Assembly (NCBI GenBank): GCA_965240325.2
Contig: OZ251235.1
Span: forward strand, 1,178,001 to 1,242,000
Direction of reading: 5' to 3'
DNA length: 64,000 nucleotides
DNA from: Rebecca billardiae RCC1528
Lineage: Eukaryota; Protista; Haptophyta
Below, piece after piece: positions 45,819 to 58,000 of this stretch. The notes beneath the pieces are model-generated. The model saw nothing but the letters and a program-made list of their open reading frames with translations, was not told the origin of the DNA and did not search any database. Made by a program: the position numbers and the translations under genes. The first letter of the stretch is position 1, and every line of letters begins with the position of its first letter.

Positions 45819-46724
45819 ATGCTCGCTGGCCGACTGCTCCGTCGGGTGCCGCATCGGCTGTCGACGACACGGATGGCGTGCTGCTCAAAGTCGACGCACG
45901 TCGGGCCGACGTACGCGATCGGCCCGCCAGTCGCGGCCCTAGTGCCTCCAGGGCAGTGCCAGTTCACCGAGGAGTGGACACAATGCGAGCTGCTCTCGAA
46001 GGTGAGCGTCGCGCACGATGTGAGGGTGTTCACATTCGCGACGCCGGACCGCTCCAAGCCCCTGAACTTGCCGACGTGTGCGTGCATCCTGGCGACGGGC
46101 GAGGCCGTGGACTCGGCCGGCAACGCCGTGGTCCGCCCATACACGCCCGTGTCGACCAACGCCACCGTCGGCAAGTTTGAGCTGATGATCAAGGTCTACC
46201 CCGAGGGCAAACTCTCGAAGCATCTGGACATGCTGCAGGTGGGGGCGAAGATGGGCTTCAAGCACATCCCTCCGAACGTGAAGATTCAGTACCCCTTCGG
46301 CAAGGCGAAGGTGGGCATGATCGCCGGCGGCACTGGCATCACGCCCATCATGCAGGCCCTCCACGCCGCGCTCGGCACGGCGGGGGACACGTCGACCTTC
46401 TCTCTGCTGTACGGCAGCCGCACAACCGGCGACATCCTCGCCCGCGACGCGCTCGACGAGTGGCAGAAGGCATACGCGTCTCGTCTCTCGGTGACGCACG
46501 TGCTGAGCGCGGAGCCCGAAGGCTCGGCGTGGCCTGGCGTGCGCGGGAATATCAACCGCGAGCTGATCGAGAAGCACCTGCCAAAGCCGTCGGATGATTG
46601 CGTCATCATGGTGTGTGGCCCGCCGCCGATGTACCATGCGCTGTGCGGGCCGCGGGACCAGAAGGAGCTTTCGGGCGTGCTCGCCGAGATGGGTTTCTCG
46701 GCGGAGCAAGTGTACAAGTTCTAA
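45819..46724 (+). CDS. NADH-cytochrome b5 reductase, probably mitochondrial
   Basis: HDVRVFTF, VRPYTPVS, IKVYPEGKLS, GMIAGGTGITPIMQ, MVCGPPPM, and terminal VYKF. Confidence 0.93.
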   Translation: MLAGRLLRRVPHRLSTTRMACCSKSTHVGPTYAIGPPVAALVPPGQCQFTEEWTQCELLSKVSVAHDVRVFTFATPDRSKPLNLPTCACILATGEAVDSAGNAVVRPYTPVSTNATVGKFELMIKVYPEGKLSKHLDMLQVGAKMGFKHIPPNVKIQYPFGKAKVGMIAGGTGITPIMQALHAALGTAGDTSTFSLLYGSRTTGDILARDALDEWQKAYASRLSVTHVLSAEPEGSAWPGVRGNINRELIEKHLPKPSDDCVIMVCGPPPMYHALCGPRDQKELSGVLAEMGFSAEQVYKF

Positions 46725-46914
46725 TCCACATCACCGCGTCGATCATCGATCGATGCGTGGTCGGATCACGACGAGTTGGGCCGTGGCAGCGGCGGTCCGC
46801 TGCCGCGCAGAGCGGCGCAGACGACCCGTGCCCGTGGTGAGGCACCGTGGTCGAGGTGACGCTGTTGTTATACATTATCGATCGCGTCGTCGACCGATCT
46901 GCTTACAAGTTATA

Positions 46915-47110
46915 AATGGCGGGCCGTATAGGCCCGCGCCCCAAGGTTGTGGCTTGTCACCGTACTCACCGTGTCGTCCGTTCTGAGACACCGTCAGACA
47001 CCCTGCGGCCCGTGGTCAGGCCGCGGTTCAACCGTTATAACAGAATAATATCGAAAATAAAATAAACGAAGCAGAAAAATCGTCGCTTCGCTCAACCACC
47101 GCCCTCACGC
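46915..47110 (+). repeat. Diverged inverted copy of the stem-loop end (about 40670-40810) of the Ulp1 element
   Basis: AATGGCGGGCCGTA..GGCCCG..CCCC..TTGT, then an A-rich tract, then GTCGCTTCGCTCA, in the same order as on the minus strand of 40810-40670. Confidence 0.55.
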
Positions 47111-47180
47111 CCTCACCCTCACTGAGCCGGGCCTCACAGGCGTCACAAGCCCTGCACGGCACACCCCGCACACGGCCTCG

Positions 47181-48353
47181 TCATTGATCTCCGCCGTCGC
47201 CGCTGCTTGTGCTGAACACTGCGGACGATGCTGGCCGGACATCGCTCCATGCGCCGCTGCCAGGTGATCGCCCCGCCCCGACGGCGTGCCGAACCAACCA
47301 GGAGACGACGGTGGACAGCGCGAGGCCGATCAGGATGAGGAGGAGCCGTCGAAGCGCGCGCGCCGCGGGCTGGGCGCGTCCGCCGCGCTCGGCAGCCCAC
47401 AGCTTGGCGAACAGCTGCGCGGCGCGGGCGGGCAGCGTGGCGGGCTCCGGCTGTGGCTCGTCGTTGCCGAGCGCAGTGAACATGCGCTGGTAGCACCGCT
47501 GCTGCCTGCGCTCGAGCTCGCTCATCCGCCCGTGGATGCGCTGCCGCAGCTTCTCGCCCTCGCCGTCTGCGGGGTGCGCAGCGATCAGCAGCGCGCACGT
47601 CGCGTCGGCCTCTTCGAACCGACCGAGGGCGGCGAGCGCCTGCGCCTTTCGGTAGAGGGCCTTGGCGTTGTCGGGCTCGGCGTCGAGCGCGGCCGCGCAG
47701 TGCTTCAGCGCCTCGCGCTCGAGGCCGAGCTTGAGCGCGCTCGCCGCGCAGTTGAGCTCAGACTTGAGCTTAGCGGCGCACACGGCCTGCGCCTGCGCGT
47801 CCGTCAGCTCGAGCATGTACGCCAGGTAGCGCTGGCCCTGCAGGAACTCCTCGTGGGCGTGGTGGGCGTGGCCGGCCTTGAAGAGGTCCACGCCGCGCTC
47901 CCGCCGCCACTCGGCCTGCGCCATCTTCTCCTCGAAGCCCATGTCCCACAGCTCTGCCTCCTCCACCACGTCGAGCAGCTCCACCGTGTACACGAGCGCG
48001 GCGCTCGGCGGGATGTGGAGGGTGGGCACGCCGTGCACGCCGTACGCGGCGTCGGGCTCGAGGCGCACCTCCGCCTTCTCGCCGACGCGCATGTCTTGCA
48101 GCGCCGAGTCCAGCCCGCGCGCAAAGTTGCCGCGGCCGACGCGCAGCTCCACCGGCACGCCGCGCGCGCGCGAGTCCTCGACGACGTGATCGCCCGCACG
48201 GCACTCCAGGTGCAGGCGCACGCGGTTGCCCGGCGCTGGCTGGCGACCGTCGTCGCTCGGCGCCGCGACGAGCACGCGCTTCTCCCAGCCCCCCGAAGGC
48301 GGCTCGACGTCGTCGGGAAAGCCGGCGCCCTCGTCGAGAGATTCATCCGCCAT
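47181..48353 (-). CDS. FKBP-type PPIase domain + TPR + C-terminal TM anchor (FKBP8/TWD1-like)
   Basis: RGLDSALQDMRVGEKA, AYG..G...IPPSAALVYTVELL, TPR LNCAA...NAKALYRKAQA, and a C-terminal hydrophobic helix. Confidence 0.88.
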   Translation of the reverse strand: MADESLDEGAGFPDDVEPPSGGWEKRVLVAAPSDDGRQPAPGNRVRLHLECRAGDHVVEDSRARGVPVELRVGRGNFARGLDSALQDMRVGEKAEVRLEPDAAYGVHGVPTLHIPPSAALVYTVELLDVVEEAELWDMGFEEKMAQAEWRRERGVDLFKAGHAHHAHEEFLQGQRYLAYMLELTDAQAQAVCAAKLKSELNCAASALKLGLEREALKHCAAALDAEPDNAKALYRKAQALAALGRFEEADATCALLIAAHPADGEGEKLRQRIHGRMSELERRQQRCYQRMFTALGNDEPQPEPATLPARAAQLFAKLWAAERGGRAQPAARALRRLLLILIGLALSTVVSWLVRHAVGAGRSPGSGAWSDVRPASSAVFSTSSGDGGDQ

Positions 48354-48497
48354 CCTGGCCGCGCGGAATATGATGGCCCGGTTGGATGAAAACATTCATT
48401 TTCATCCCAATGGTTAAAAAATGCACTCACGCTCCAGCGCTCCAGCGCGCGGCGGTTACAAGGCTGTGCCAGCGCGCCCGGCTGCACGGCGCCAGCC

Positions 48498-51400
48498 ATG
48501 GAGCTCCTACGCAGCTGGTGCAACGACGAGCTCAAGCTCTCGCGGCCCGTCCGCAACATCGAGGCAGACTTCCGCGACGGCTACCTGCTCGGCGAGATCC
48601 TCAGCAAGCATGGGCTGCTCGACGACCTGCAGGAGATGCGTCGCGGCGACGGGCCGCACACGATGCTGAAGAACTACAACAGGCTGCAGCCGGCGCTGCG
48701 CAAGCTCAACATCAACCTCGACACGCGCGTGGCGAACCAGATGATGGTGGAGAAGCCCGGCGTGGCGACGAACATCGTGTACCAGCTCAAGCTCGCCGTG
48801 GACTCTGCGGGCAAGGCGATGGGCACCAACCTGCCGCCGCGCAAGGCGAAGACGGACCTCTCTCAGACGACGCTCTCGACCACGCGCCAGCTGCGCGCGC
48901 CGCACGAGGAGATGCGGCAGCGCACCTTCGACGCGCAGCTCCGGATGCAGATGAACGATCCGCGCGAGCTGCGCATGTCGCAGCACCTCTCCAAGTACAC
49001 CGAGGCGATGTACGAGCAGACGCGCCGTGCGCTCGAGGAGCAGCAGGAGGTGCGGAGCCGCGCGCCCGTGTGCGCGCGCCGCGTGCGCCCGCGTGCGTCC
49101 GCCCGCGCGGCCGCGGACGGACGGGGCGCGCGAGCCGCGCGAGCGCGCGCTGAGCGCATCCGTCCCTCCCATGCGCGCGCGCCCCGCGCCCCGCGCCCTC
49201 GCGCCCGTGCGCGGCGCGCAGGACGAGGCGCGTGAGGCGGAGGCCCAGAAGGCTCGGATGGCGGCGCAGCGCGAGCGGCTGCGAGAGTCTCGCGCGTTCA
49301 TGGACACGTGGACGGCGGACTCGGCGACGCGGCACCGCGCGATCATGCGCACGAAGCGCGAAGCCGAGCGCGAGCAGCTGCGCTGGGAGCTCACCACGCG
49401 CGAGGCGCGCGCGCGCCGCGAGCGGCTCGCCACGCGCACGCACGCTCAAGAGCTTCAGTCTGGTCTCTCCGAGTTCGAGCGCACTTTGCGCAGGCTCGGG
49501 AACGAGGGCGCGGACGACGACGACGACGAGGGCGGCGGCGGGGCGGACGAGGACGAGGACGAGATCGCCGCGGTCAGCGCCGCCTCGCGCGCCACGCCGC
49601 ACGACCACTTCGTCCGGCTCCAGTCGATGCTGCCCGACGGCCGAGCAATGGCTGCCGACGTAGACGGTTATATGTCGAGGCTGCGCGCGCGCAAGCTGGA
49701 GGAGACGGTGTCGCGGCGCGAGCGCGAGGTGCGGCGGCGGCGCGTGCTGCTCGAGCAGCAGCGCGCGCAGGAGGACCTCGACGCGCGGCGGCGCGAGGAG
49801 GCGCTCGTCTCCAAGCTGCAGCGCCAGTCGACCGAAGAGCGGCGGATCGCCGAGCGGCTGTGGCGCACCCGGCAGGAGGCGGAGGTGATGCGCGACAACC
49901 GCCGGCTGCGGCAGCAGGACTACGAGGTGCGCCGCGCGGCGGACATGGCGGACCGCGTGGCGCGGAACAAGCGGATGGCGGCGAACCGGCTGGCCGAGTA
50001 CCAGGCGACGCTCGCCCGCGAGCGGCGCCGCTTCGAGGACGCCGAGGCCGCGCGCGCCGCCGTGCGTCGGGAGCGCCACCGCCACGAGTGCGCGCGCGTC
50101 GTCGAGGAGTTGATTGCTATGACGCTGCGCGCGCGCACGTACGCGCACGACGCGAACGGGCTGCTGCCCGCGCGCGTGTGGCGCGAGTTCTGCACGCTCT
50201 TCGCCGCCGGCGTGCCGCTCGACGCGCTCACCGGCCCGGGCACCACGCGCCTCGTGCCGGACGACGCACCGCCGCACGAGCTCGGCTTGCGAGACGCGGC
50301 GGCCGCGGCGGCCGCGGGCGGCGCCGACCGGCCAGAGGAGCTGCTGAACGAGGTGGACATCTCGCACTATCTCGCGGGCTCGTCGGACTGGGCGGCGTCG
50401 GAGCTCTTCGAGTCGATGCAGCGCGCGCGCGTCGAGCTGCCCGACGGCGCGCCCACCGCCCTCGCCGAGTTTGCGCCGTCGGAGCTCGAGGGTGCGCACG
50501 CGCTGCTTGGGAACGCTCTTTACACGGTCATCGACGCGGCCATGCCGCCGCCGCCGCCGCCGCCCAAGCTGATCGTGCCCGAGGCGAAGATGCGGCTGGC
50601 GATGGTGGGGCGGCCGTTCGCGGGCAAGTCGACGCTCGCGCTCGCGCTCGCCGACGCGTTCAACCTCGAGCTCATCCTGCCGGTCGAGCTTGTGCACGCG
50701 GCCATTGGCGAGTACCGCGCAGCGCAGGCGGCGGCGGCGGGCGGCGCGGACGGCGGCGACGGCGGCGGTTCGTCCGCCGCCGCGGGTGGCGCCGAGCCGG
50801 CGGGCGGCTCGCTCGGGCGGCGCGCGGAGGAGGCGCTCGCGGCGGGCAAGCCCGTGCCCGACGACGTCGTCGCGCAGCTCATCGTGCGCGCGGTCGGCGC
50901 GATCGACGACGAGCGCTCCGGCTTTCTGATTGACGGATATCCGACCTCGCCGCCGCAGCTGCAGGCGCTCGAGAAGGGACTGACGGGGTATGAGCCGGTG
51001 GTGGACGTGAAGAAGAAGCCGCCGCAGTCGCGGCTCGTGCCGCCGCCCGCGGGCGCCGACGCGCCGCCGCCGCCGCGCAAGCCGGGCCTCGACGCCGTCC
51101 TCCGGCTGGACGTACCTGAGGAGCTGTCACGCCGGCGCGCGCTCGGCCGAAGGCTTGACCCACTCACAGGCACGGTCTACCACCTCGAGTTCGAGCCGCC
51201 GGCGGACGACGACGAGGTGCAGGAGCGGCTGGTGCCGCTGCGCGCGGACTCGAACGCCGAGGCGCAGCTGCTGCCGCTGCTGCAGGCGTACAAGGACACC
51301 GAGGGCCCGCTCGAGACGTGGGCGGGCGCGCTCGGCATCCTGCGCACTTTTGACGCGGCCGCACCGCCGCCGGACGTGCAAGCGTCTGTCAGTGTCGTGC

Positions 51401-54400
51401 TCTCCGAAATGGCGAGCTCCAAGGCGGAGGTGGCGGCGGCGGCGGCGGCGGCGGCGCGCGCCGGCGCGCCCGCGGACGCGCCGAGCGAGGAGCAGCCCGC
51501 CGAGCCCGCGGCCGCGCCCGCGAGCGCCGCGCCCGCGGCCGCGCCCGAGGCCGCGCCCGCGCCGCTCGAACTGGTCCCACTCGAGTCTGAAGTGGCTCAC
51601 GCGCTGCTCGGCCGCTGGCGGGACATGGAGACGGACTTCCTGCGCGCGGCGAAGGCGCAGTTCGGCGCGCTGCGCGAGGCGGAGTGGGCGGTGCTGCAGC
51701 ACGTCACGACCAAGGCGCGCGAGTTCCGCGCGCGCCTCTCCGAGCCGGACGAGCGCCAGGCGGCGGTCGCGGACGCGCAGGAGGCGTTCAACGCAATGGA
51801 CGCCGAGCTGCGCGCGGACGATGACGGCAAGGGCGAGCTGCACGCGCAGGTGGACGACCTGCAGGACGCGCTGTGGGGCTTCGTCGACGTGAAGCGCGAG
51901 GGGTGCGAGTGGGAGCTGCACGCGATGGCGCTCGGCGGCTTCGCCCAGCACACCGCGCTCTTCGTTCTCAACTGCCTGCTCGCGCTGATGCAGGCGGAGG
52001 CGGACCGCGCGCACACCACTGCCAACATCATCGCCGCTTACTACGCGGCGCGCACGGTGCGCCGCGCGGCTGCGGCGATGCGCCGGGCGGGTGCGGGCTG
52101 GGGCGCGCGCGCGCGCGCCCGGCGCCGTGAGCAGCGCACACCACGGCGCACCACTACGCACGCCGCGCGAGATCGCGCGAGATCGCTCACCCCGGTACGC
52201 GTGCCGCGCGCGCGCGCGCGCGCACGAATCGCGCCGCGCCGCGCCGTGCGTCGCGCGCAGGCGTCTTGGCGCCCGCCCCCGACGCTGCCGGCCATCGCGG
52301 AGGTGACGCCGGCGGCGTCGGTCGGCGTGGTCGTGGCTGTGCCCAAATACGACGGCCTGCCCGACATCGAGCAGGCACAGGTCGGGCAGCCCCCGGGCAC
52401 CAAGCCCTCCAAGGGCGCCGCGGCATCCAAGCCGCCCGCGCAGCCCGGCGCCGCCAAGGCCGCCGCCGCCGCGACCGCGGGCGGCGCCGCCGCAAAGAAG
52501 GGAGGCGCGGCCGCCGCGGCCGCCGCGAGCCGCGAGCTGCCGGCCCTGCCCCACGCCGAGCCCTTTGAGGTCCAGCTGGTCACGCAGGCGAACGCCGTGC
52601 TCGCGATGGCGGAGGGCATCGACGCGGCCGCGGCGGCGGCGGCCGAGGCGGCGGCCGCGGCCGAGGCCGCCGAAGCTGAGAACTTCGAGTACCCTCCGGC
52701 CAAGGCGGCGTTCAACCGCTTCGCGCGCGAGCACGACGCGGCGCTGCTCGCTGTCTGGCACGCGGAGGCGGCGAAGCTGCGGCGGCGCGTGCGCGCGATC
52801 GAGGCGCACGGCGTGCGCGTCGTCGCCGAGATGTGCGCGCACCTCGAGCGGCTGTACGAACAGCTTGACTCGTTGCTCTCGCGTCGCGTCACCGCAGAGC
52901 TCGAGGTGTGTGCAGCCGCGCGTGCGCGTGCGCACACGCCCTTGCCGCCCGCGCGCTGATGGCCGAGCGCGCACGCGCTCACGCGCCGCCCACCTCCGCG
53001 CGCGCCGCATCCCCGCGCTCCCGTGCCTCCGGTCTGCCCGCCTCCTCTGCCCGCCTCCGGTCTGCCCGCCTCCTCTGCCCGCCTCCGGTCTGCCCGCCTC
53101 CCTTCTCCTCCCTCGCTCTCTCCTGCGCGCGCCAGGCGGTGGGCGCGCTGATCCAGCTGATGCGCTCTGCGATCGAGTCGGAGACGCAGCTGCCGCACGC
53201 GCTCTCGCTCGAGGGCGAGGACCTCTACGTCGACCTCGACACCCTCACGCTCGAGCCGCCCGCGCCGACCCCGCCGCCGCCGCCGCGGCAGCGCTCGGAG
53301 TCGCTCAAGCTTACGCTCGCGCAGGTCGAGCTGCTCGCGGCGCGGTATCGTGCCGAAGCGTCGTCGAGCCTGATGCCGCTCAAGGAGGCGATTGACGTGC
53401 TGCTCCGCGCCGCGGCGGCGGGCGAGCTCCCGCCCGCGTGGCGCGCGTTCGAGCGCACCGTGCTGCAGGACGTGGCGCGTCTCTTCGCGTACGGGCACCA
53501 CCAGCAGGTGTCGTGGGAGGCGTTGGTTCTGGCCCTCATGGATGTGCGGGCGCCCACGGAGGAGGAGCTCGTGGCGGCGGCGGAGGCGCTGGACAAGAAC
53601 GCCATTGGCGGGGAGCTCTCGCGGGAGGCGTGGGACGAGGCCGGGCTCTGGTTCGCGCCGGCCATCGCGCGGCGCGCCGACGCGCCGGAGCCGAGCGGCG
53701 CGGACGCGCCGGCGGGCGCGGACGCGGCTGAGGGCGCGCGCGCGGCCGACGCGCGCCGGGGCACGGCGGCCGCGCCGCCGGCGCAGACGCTGGACGAGGC
53801 GGTGACGGAGTTTGACCTGCCCTCGGTGCGCGCGCGCGTGCGGCGCGCGCTCGAGAGAGTCGAGAGAGAGCGCACGCTGGGCGGCGCGCGCCGCGCGTCG
53901 CTCGGCCGGGAGCAAAGCTGGCCGCCGTCGCGTGCGCGGTGGCTGGCCGTGGGGCCGTCACGTGCTCGCGCGCGCGCCTCGACTCGGCCGCGCCGTCCTC
54001 ACCGCGCGCCTGCCCCCGCACCCCCGCCCCCGCGCGCGCACGATGCGCACAGGCACTCAAAACGGCCGTCTTCGAGGCGCTGGCGCAGGCCAGCGGCGGC
54101 GATGGCGGCGGCTTCCGGCGCGTGCGCGGCCTCAACTGGCGGCGCTTTTTGCTCTACAGCTGCGACACGCTGCCCAAGGCGTTCGCGGTCGAGGGCTTCC
54201 GCACCTCGGCATCGGTCACGGCGGAGCAGCTGCACGCGCTGCTGCACCGGCAGATGGGCGTGCAGGAGGACGGCGCGCTCAGCCTGCCAGACCACGCCGA
54301 CCCGTTCGGCATGGCCGTCGTGCACCGGTGCGCGCGCGCGCCGCGCGCCGGCGAGGCCGCGCGCCGAGCGAGCGCGCGCGGCGCGCGCACGCGGCGCCGA

Positions 54401-54622
54401 GCTGACGCGGCGCCCCCGCCCCTCCCCCGCGCGCGCGGGGGGCGCAGCCTCTTCCACGAGCTCAACTGCGACCCGGAGAAGGACCGCGTGCCGTACCTGC
54501 TCGTGGCCAACCACCCGCTCGGCTCGCGCGTGCTGCAGCAGTGCGAGCTCTACCAGAGTCACAGCGTGTACCAGGTGCTCGAGGAGAAGCTGGACAAGGC
54601 TGGCGCGGCGCTGGAGATCTGA
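48498..54622 (+). CDS. SPEF2: Sperm flagellar protein 2 / CPC1-like central-pair protein; exons 48498-49049, 49222-52056, 52261-52905, 53136-53825, 54053-54327, 54448-54622
   Basis: N-terminal CH domain (LRSWCNDELKLS..DFRDGYLLGEIL), coiled coil, and adenylate-kinase-like domain (GRPFAGKST, GFLIDGYP, RRLDPLTGTVYH). Five frame-consistent introns. Confidence 0.9.
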
Positions 54623-55053
54623 TCCCCGCGATGCCGGGCGCTGACAGTCTAGTCCTACGTTCATGTAGCTAGTCAGGGAGAGGCTACAAGTCCGCCGCGG
54701 CCCGGCGCGCGGGCCGGGGCCGCCCGTCGCCGGCAGCCGGCGGCGGAGGCGCGGAGTCTAAACAACGAACAAGGCCTCGCCCGCTTCAAGGTGAACGGTT
54801 GGTCTGTCGATCTGTAGTCTTACTCTTATAGTCAGTTCGACGACCGTCTAATAAGTCTAACTCCGACAGCGGCTCACGGCCAAAGCCGCCGGCGGGGCCG
54901 CCGCCATCTTTCTCATCAGCAGCCTTTTCTCGTCCCGGCCTTTTCTCGGCAATCAACGAGCGGCGTCCGGTATCGCGCTCCCCGCTTCCCGGCCGTCCCA
55001 CGACCACGACCGCAACACGATTTGCGCGCGCGCGCGCGCTTGCTGCGCGCGAC

Positions 55054-58000
55054 GATGGCAGAGGCGCTCCTCACTCTCGCCCTGCGCTCGCTCGTGGACA
55101 GCCTCGACGCAACCGCCGCCGCCGCGCCCGCGGCCGAGGTGGAGGCGCTGGTGGACTCGATGGTGACGCAGTGGCCATTTCAGGTGCTGGAGCTCGTGGT
55201 GCCCGCGGTCGGCGCGCGGCTCGCGTCCTTCTTCGCGACGGCGGGCCTCCATATGACGCTCTTCGCCGACTATCCAGACGATGAAGGCGACGGGACCGTG
55301 CGTGGCGAGGACGCGCGCACGGCGGCGCGGACAGCGGCGATCTGTGCGCGCGTGCGCGCGCCAGGGCACACCGCGGCGCACGCGCGCGTGCGCGCGCTCG
55401 CGACGCAGCTGGGCATCGTGGACGCCGCCATCCGTCGCGACGAGGACGCGTACCGCGCCGCGCGCGACGCCGGCACCCCGCCGGCCGCGCTGCGCACGCC
55501 GCTGCTCGACGCCTTCGGAGCCGACGCGCCCCACCTCTCGCACGGCTGCGAACTGGAGCTGCCGTTGCCGGCCGGGCATACGCTCTTCCTGCACCGGCGC
55601 ACCGAGCTGTTCCGCGCGCCCCGGGACGAGCCCGCGTGCTGGCTGCGCGCGCTCGAGCCCTCCGCTCACGCGTTCGAGCGCAACTGGGACGCCTTCAGCA
55701 GCGGGCTGCTGCGCGGCCTCGACTGGTCCGGGCTGGTCGCAGCGGGCGGCAGCGTGCTCGCGTGCGCGATGCGCTCGGTGCTGGGCGCGCCGCCGCGCGG
55801 CGCGGCCGAGGACGCCTCGCCCGCCGAGCGCGAGCTCGCCGAGGACCTCGACGAGGCCGACCGCGACGCTCGCGAGTTCTACTTCTCGCCCACCGATGGG
55901 CACCGCAGCGACGCAAGGGAGCGCGGCGGCGCGGCCTGCGGCGGCGCGCGCTCGCCGTTCAGTCGATCTGCAGATATCGACCTCTTCTGCGTCGGGCGCG
56001 ACGGGCAGTCGGCGCCGACGGGCGAGGAGGCGCTGAGCGCGGCTCGGCGCGTGCTGCGCTGCATGCGGCGCAACTGCCGCCTCCCCATCCTCGCCCTCCG
56101 CACGGGCTCCGCCCTCACCCTCACCGCGGGCTACCCCTTCCGGCACGTGCAGGTGAGCAGCACGGCACGGTGCCCTCCTGAGGGCACCGTGCCCTCCTGA
56201 GGGCACGGTGCCCTCCTGAGGGCACGGTGCCCTCCTGAGGGCACGGTGCCCTCAGGGCAGATTAGCACCACTGGTGGCAGAGTGGGTGGCAGTGAGAGCG
56301 CGCGTGCGCGTGTCGGGCCCTCACCGTCCTTGGGCATGCGCTCGGCCTCCGCCCTCACGGCCGGCTGAACCCCTCCTCTCCGCCACCACCACCACACCCC
56401 ATCGCCGTGCGCAGGTGGTGCTCAAGACCTTCGCGTGCGCGGCGGACGTGCTCGCCGCCTTCGACGTGGACTGCTGCGCGTTCGCCTGGGACGGCACTCG
56501 GCTGCTCGCCACGCCGCGCGCGCTGCGCGCCACCGCGTCGCGGTGCAACCTGGTGGACACGCAGCGGCGCTCGCAGACGTACGAGAGCCGGTTGCTCAAG
56601 TACGCGCGCCGAGGCTTCGGGGTCGGCGTCGGCCCGCCGCTGCTCAGGCCGGCGGCAGTGGACGAGGCGGCGCTCGATGTGCACCTCGCGACGCGCCCCG
56701 ACAAGCGCCCGCGCGTCGACGGCCTTCTCAGACTGCTGGTCGCCGACCGCGCCTCGTCACGCGCCGCGCTGCGCGCCGCGGCTGCGGGCGGCTGGCCCAA
56801 CGCTCGGCAGGCCGGCCAGAGCGCGCTGCGCCCCGCCGCGTACCTCGACCACTGCAACGAGAGCGCGCCGTGGCGGTATCCGGCGGCCTCGGAGGTCCCA
56901 CCCGCTGAGCCCGGCGCGCCGCGCGCCCCGCCGCCCCTCGCACACCGCTTCACGATGGAGGACACCGAGGGCGCGGCGGACGAGGCGACCGAGGCGGAGG
57001 TGGCGCTCGGCCGCGTGGCCCTCGGCGAGAATCTCGGCGAGCTCGGGCACGGCCTCGACGGCGCGCTCCCGGATGGCGTGAGGCAGGCGCAGCTACGCGA
57101 GCGCGGCGCGGCGGCGGGCGGCGAGGCGCGCGAGATCTCGCCGCGCGAGATTGAGATCTCGCCGCGCGAGATCAACGACGAGGTGCTCGACTCGATGAGC
57201 GGCGCGCTGCACCGCCCCGTGCTGTACACGGCGGGCGTGGTCCCGTGGCATCCGGGCGCGGACGCAGTGCGCATCCACGACGAGCTGAGTGACGCGCTGC
57301 AAGCCGGCGAGCACCTTGCGGAGTGGTACGACCATGAGGAGGCGGTCCCAGACGGCGCGCAGATCCCGTCGGCGCCGCGGCTGGTGCGCGGGACCGCGCA
57401 ATGGTCGCTCGCGCTGCAGCGCGCCAACTCTGCCGCGCCTTCGGAGAACGTCCTGCGCTTCGGCTGGGCGTTGGAGCACGTGGTCCTTCCGGACGACGTG
57501 AGCGCCGCCGCGCACTGCCTGTCCTTCTTCCCGCGCGCTGCGGAGGGGTTCAGCGCGGGCGTGCACACCGCGGAGGAGGCTGGGCAGCCGGGCGCGCCTG
57601 CGGCCGAGCGCGACGCGCCCGCGCACGGCGGACGAGGCGCGACCGCCGCCGACGCGGACGCCGCGGCGGCTGCGCTGGCTGCTGCCGAGACCGGCGCCGC
57701 TGCACCGGCGGTGTCGGCGGCGGCGCCGCCGCCGCCACGTCGGCTCAGCCTGGCAGTCCAGCTGCGCGCCGCGCGGGGCATGCCTGCCCCGCCCGCGCCG
57801 CGGCCGACGCACGGGCCGGACCGACCGCAGCGGGCGACTGCACCGTGGGCGGCGGGCAAGTGGGTGGTCGGCCTCACGTACTGTTTCCTGCCCAACGCGC
57901 ACGGCGAGCGGATGAGCCCATGGCAGAACTACCGAACTGTGGCGCATGGGACGGTGAGCCACTGGGTGCGGCTGGCCTCGGCGCAGCCGCTGCTCCGGCT

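Noticed and set aside
53024-53100. 28-bp repeat in a SPEF2 intron as a functional element
   Set aside because: It is a simple C-rich tandem repeat with no further support.
56163-56256. CRISPR array
   Set aside because: The palindromic repeats have no spacers, lie in a spliceosomal intron, and there are no cas genes.
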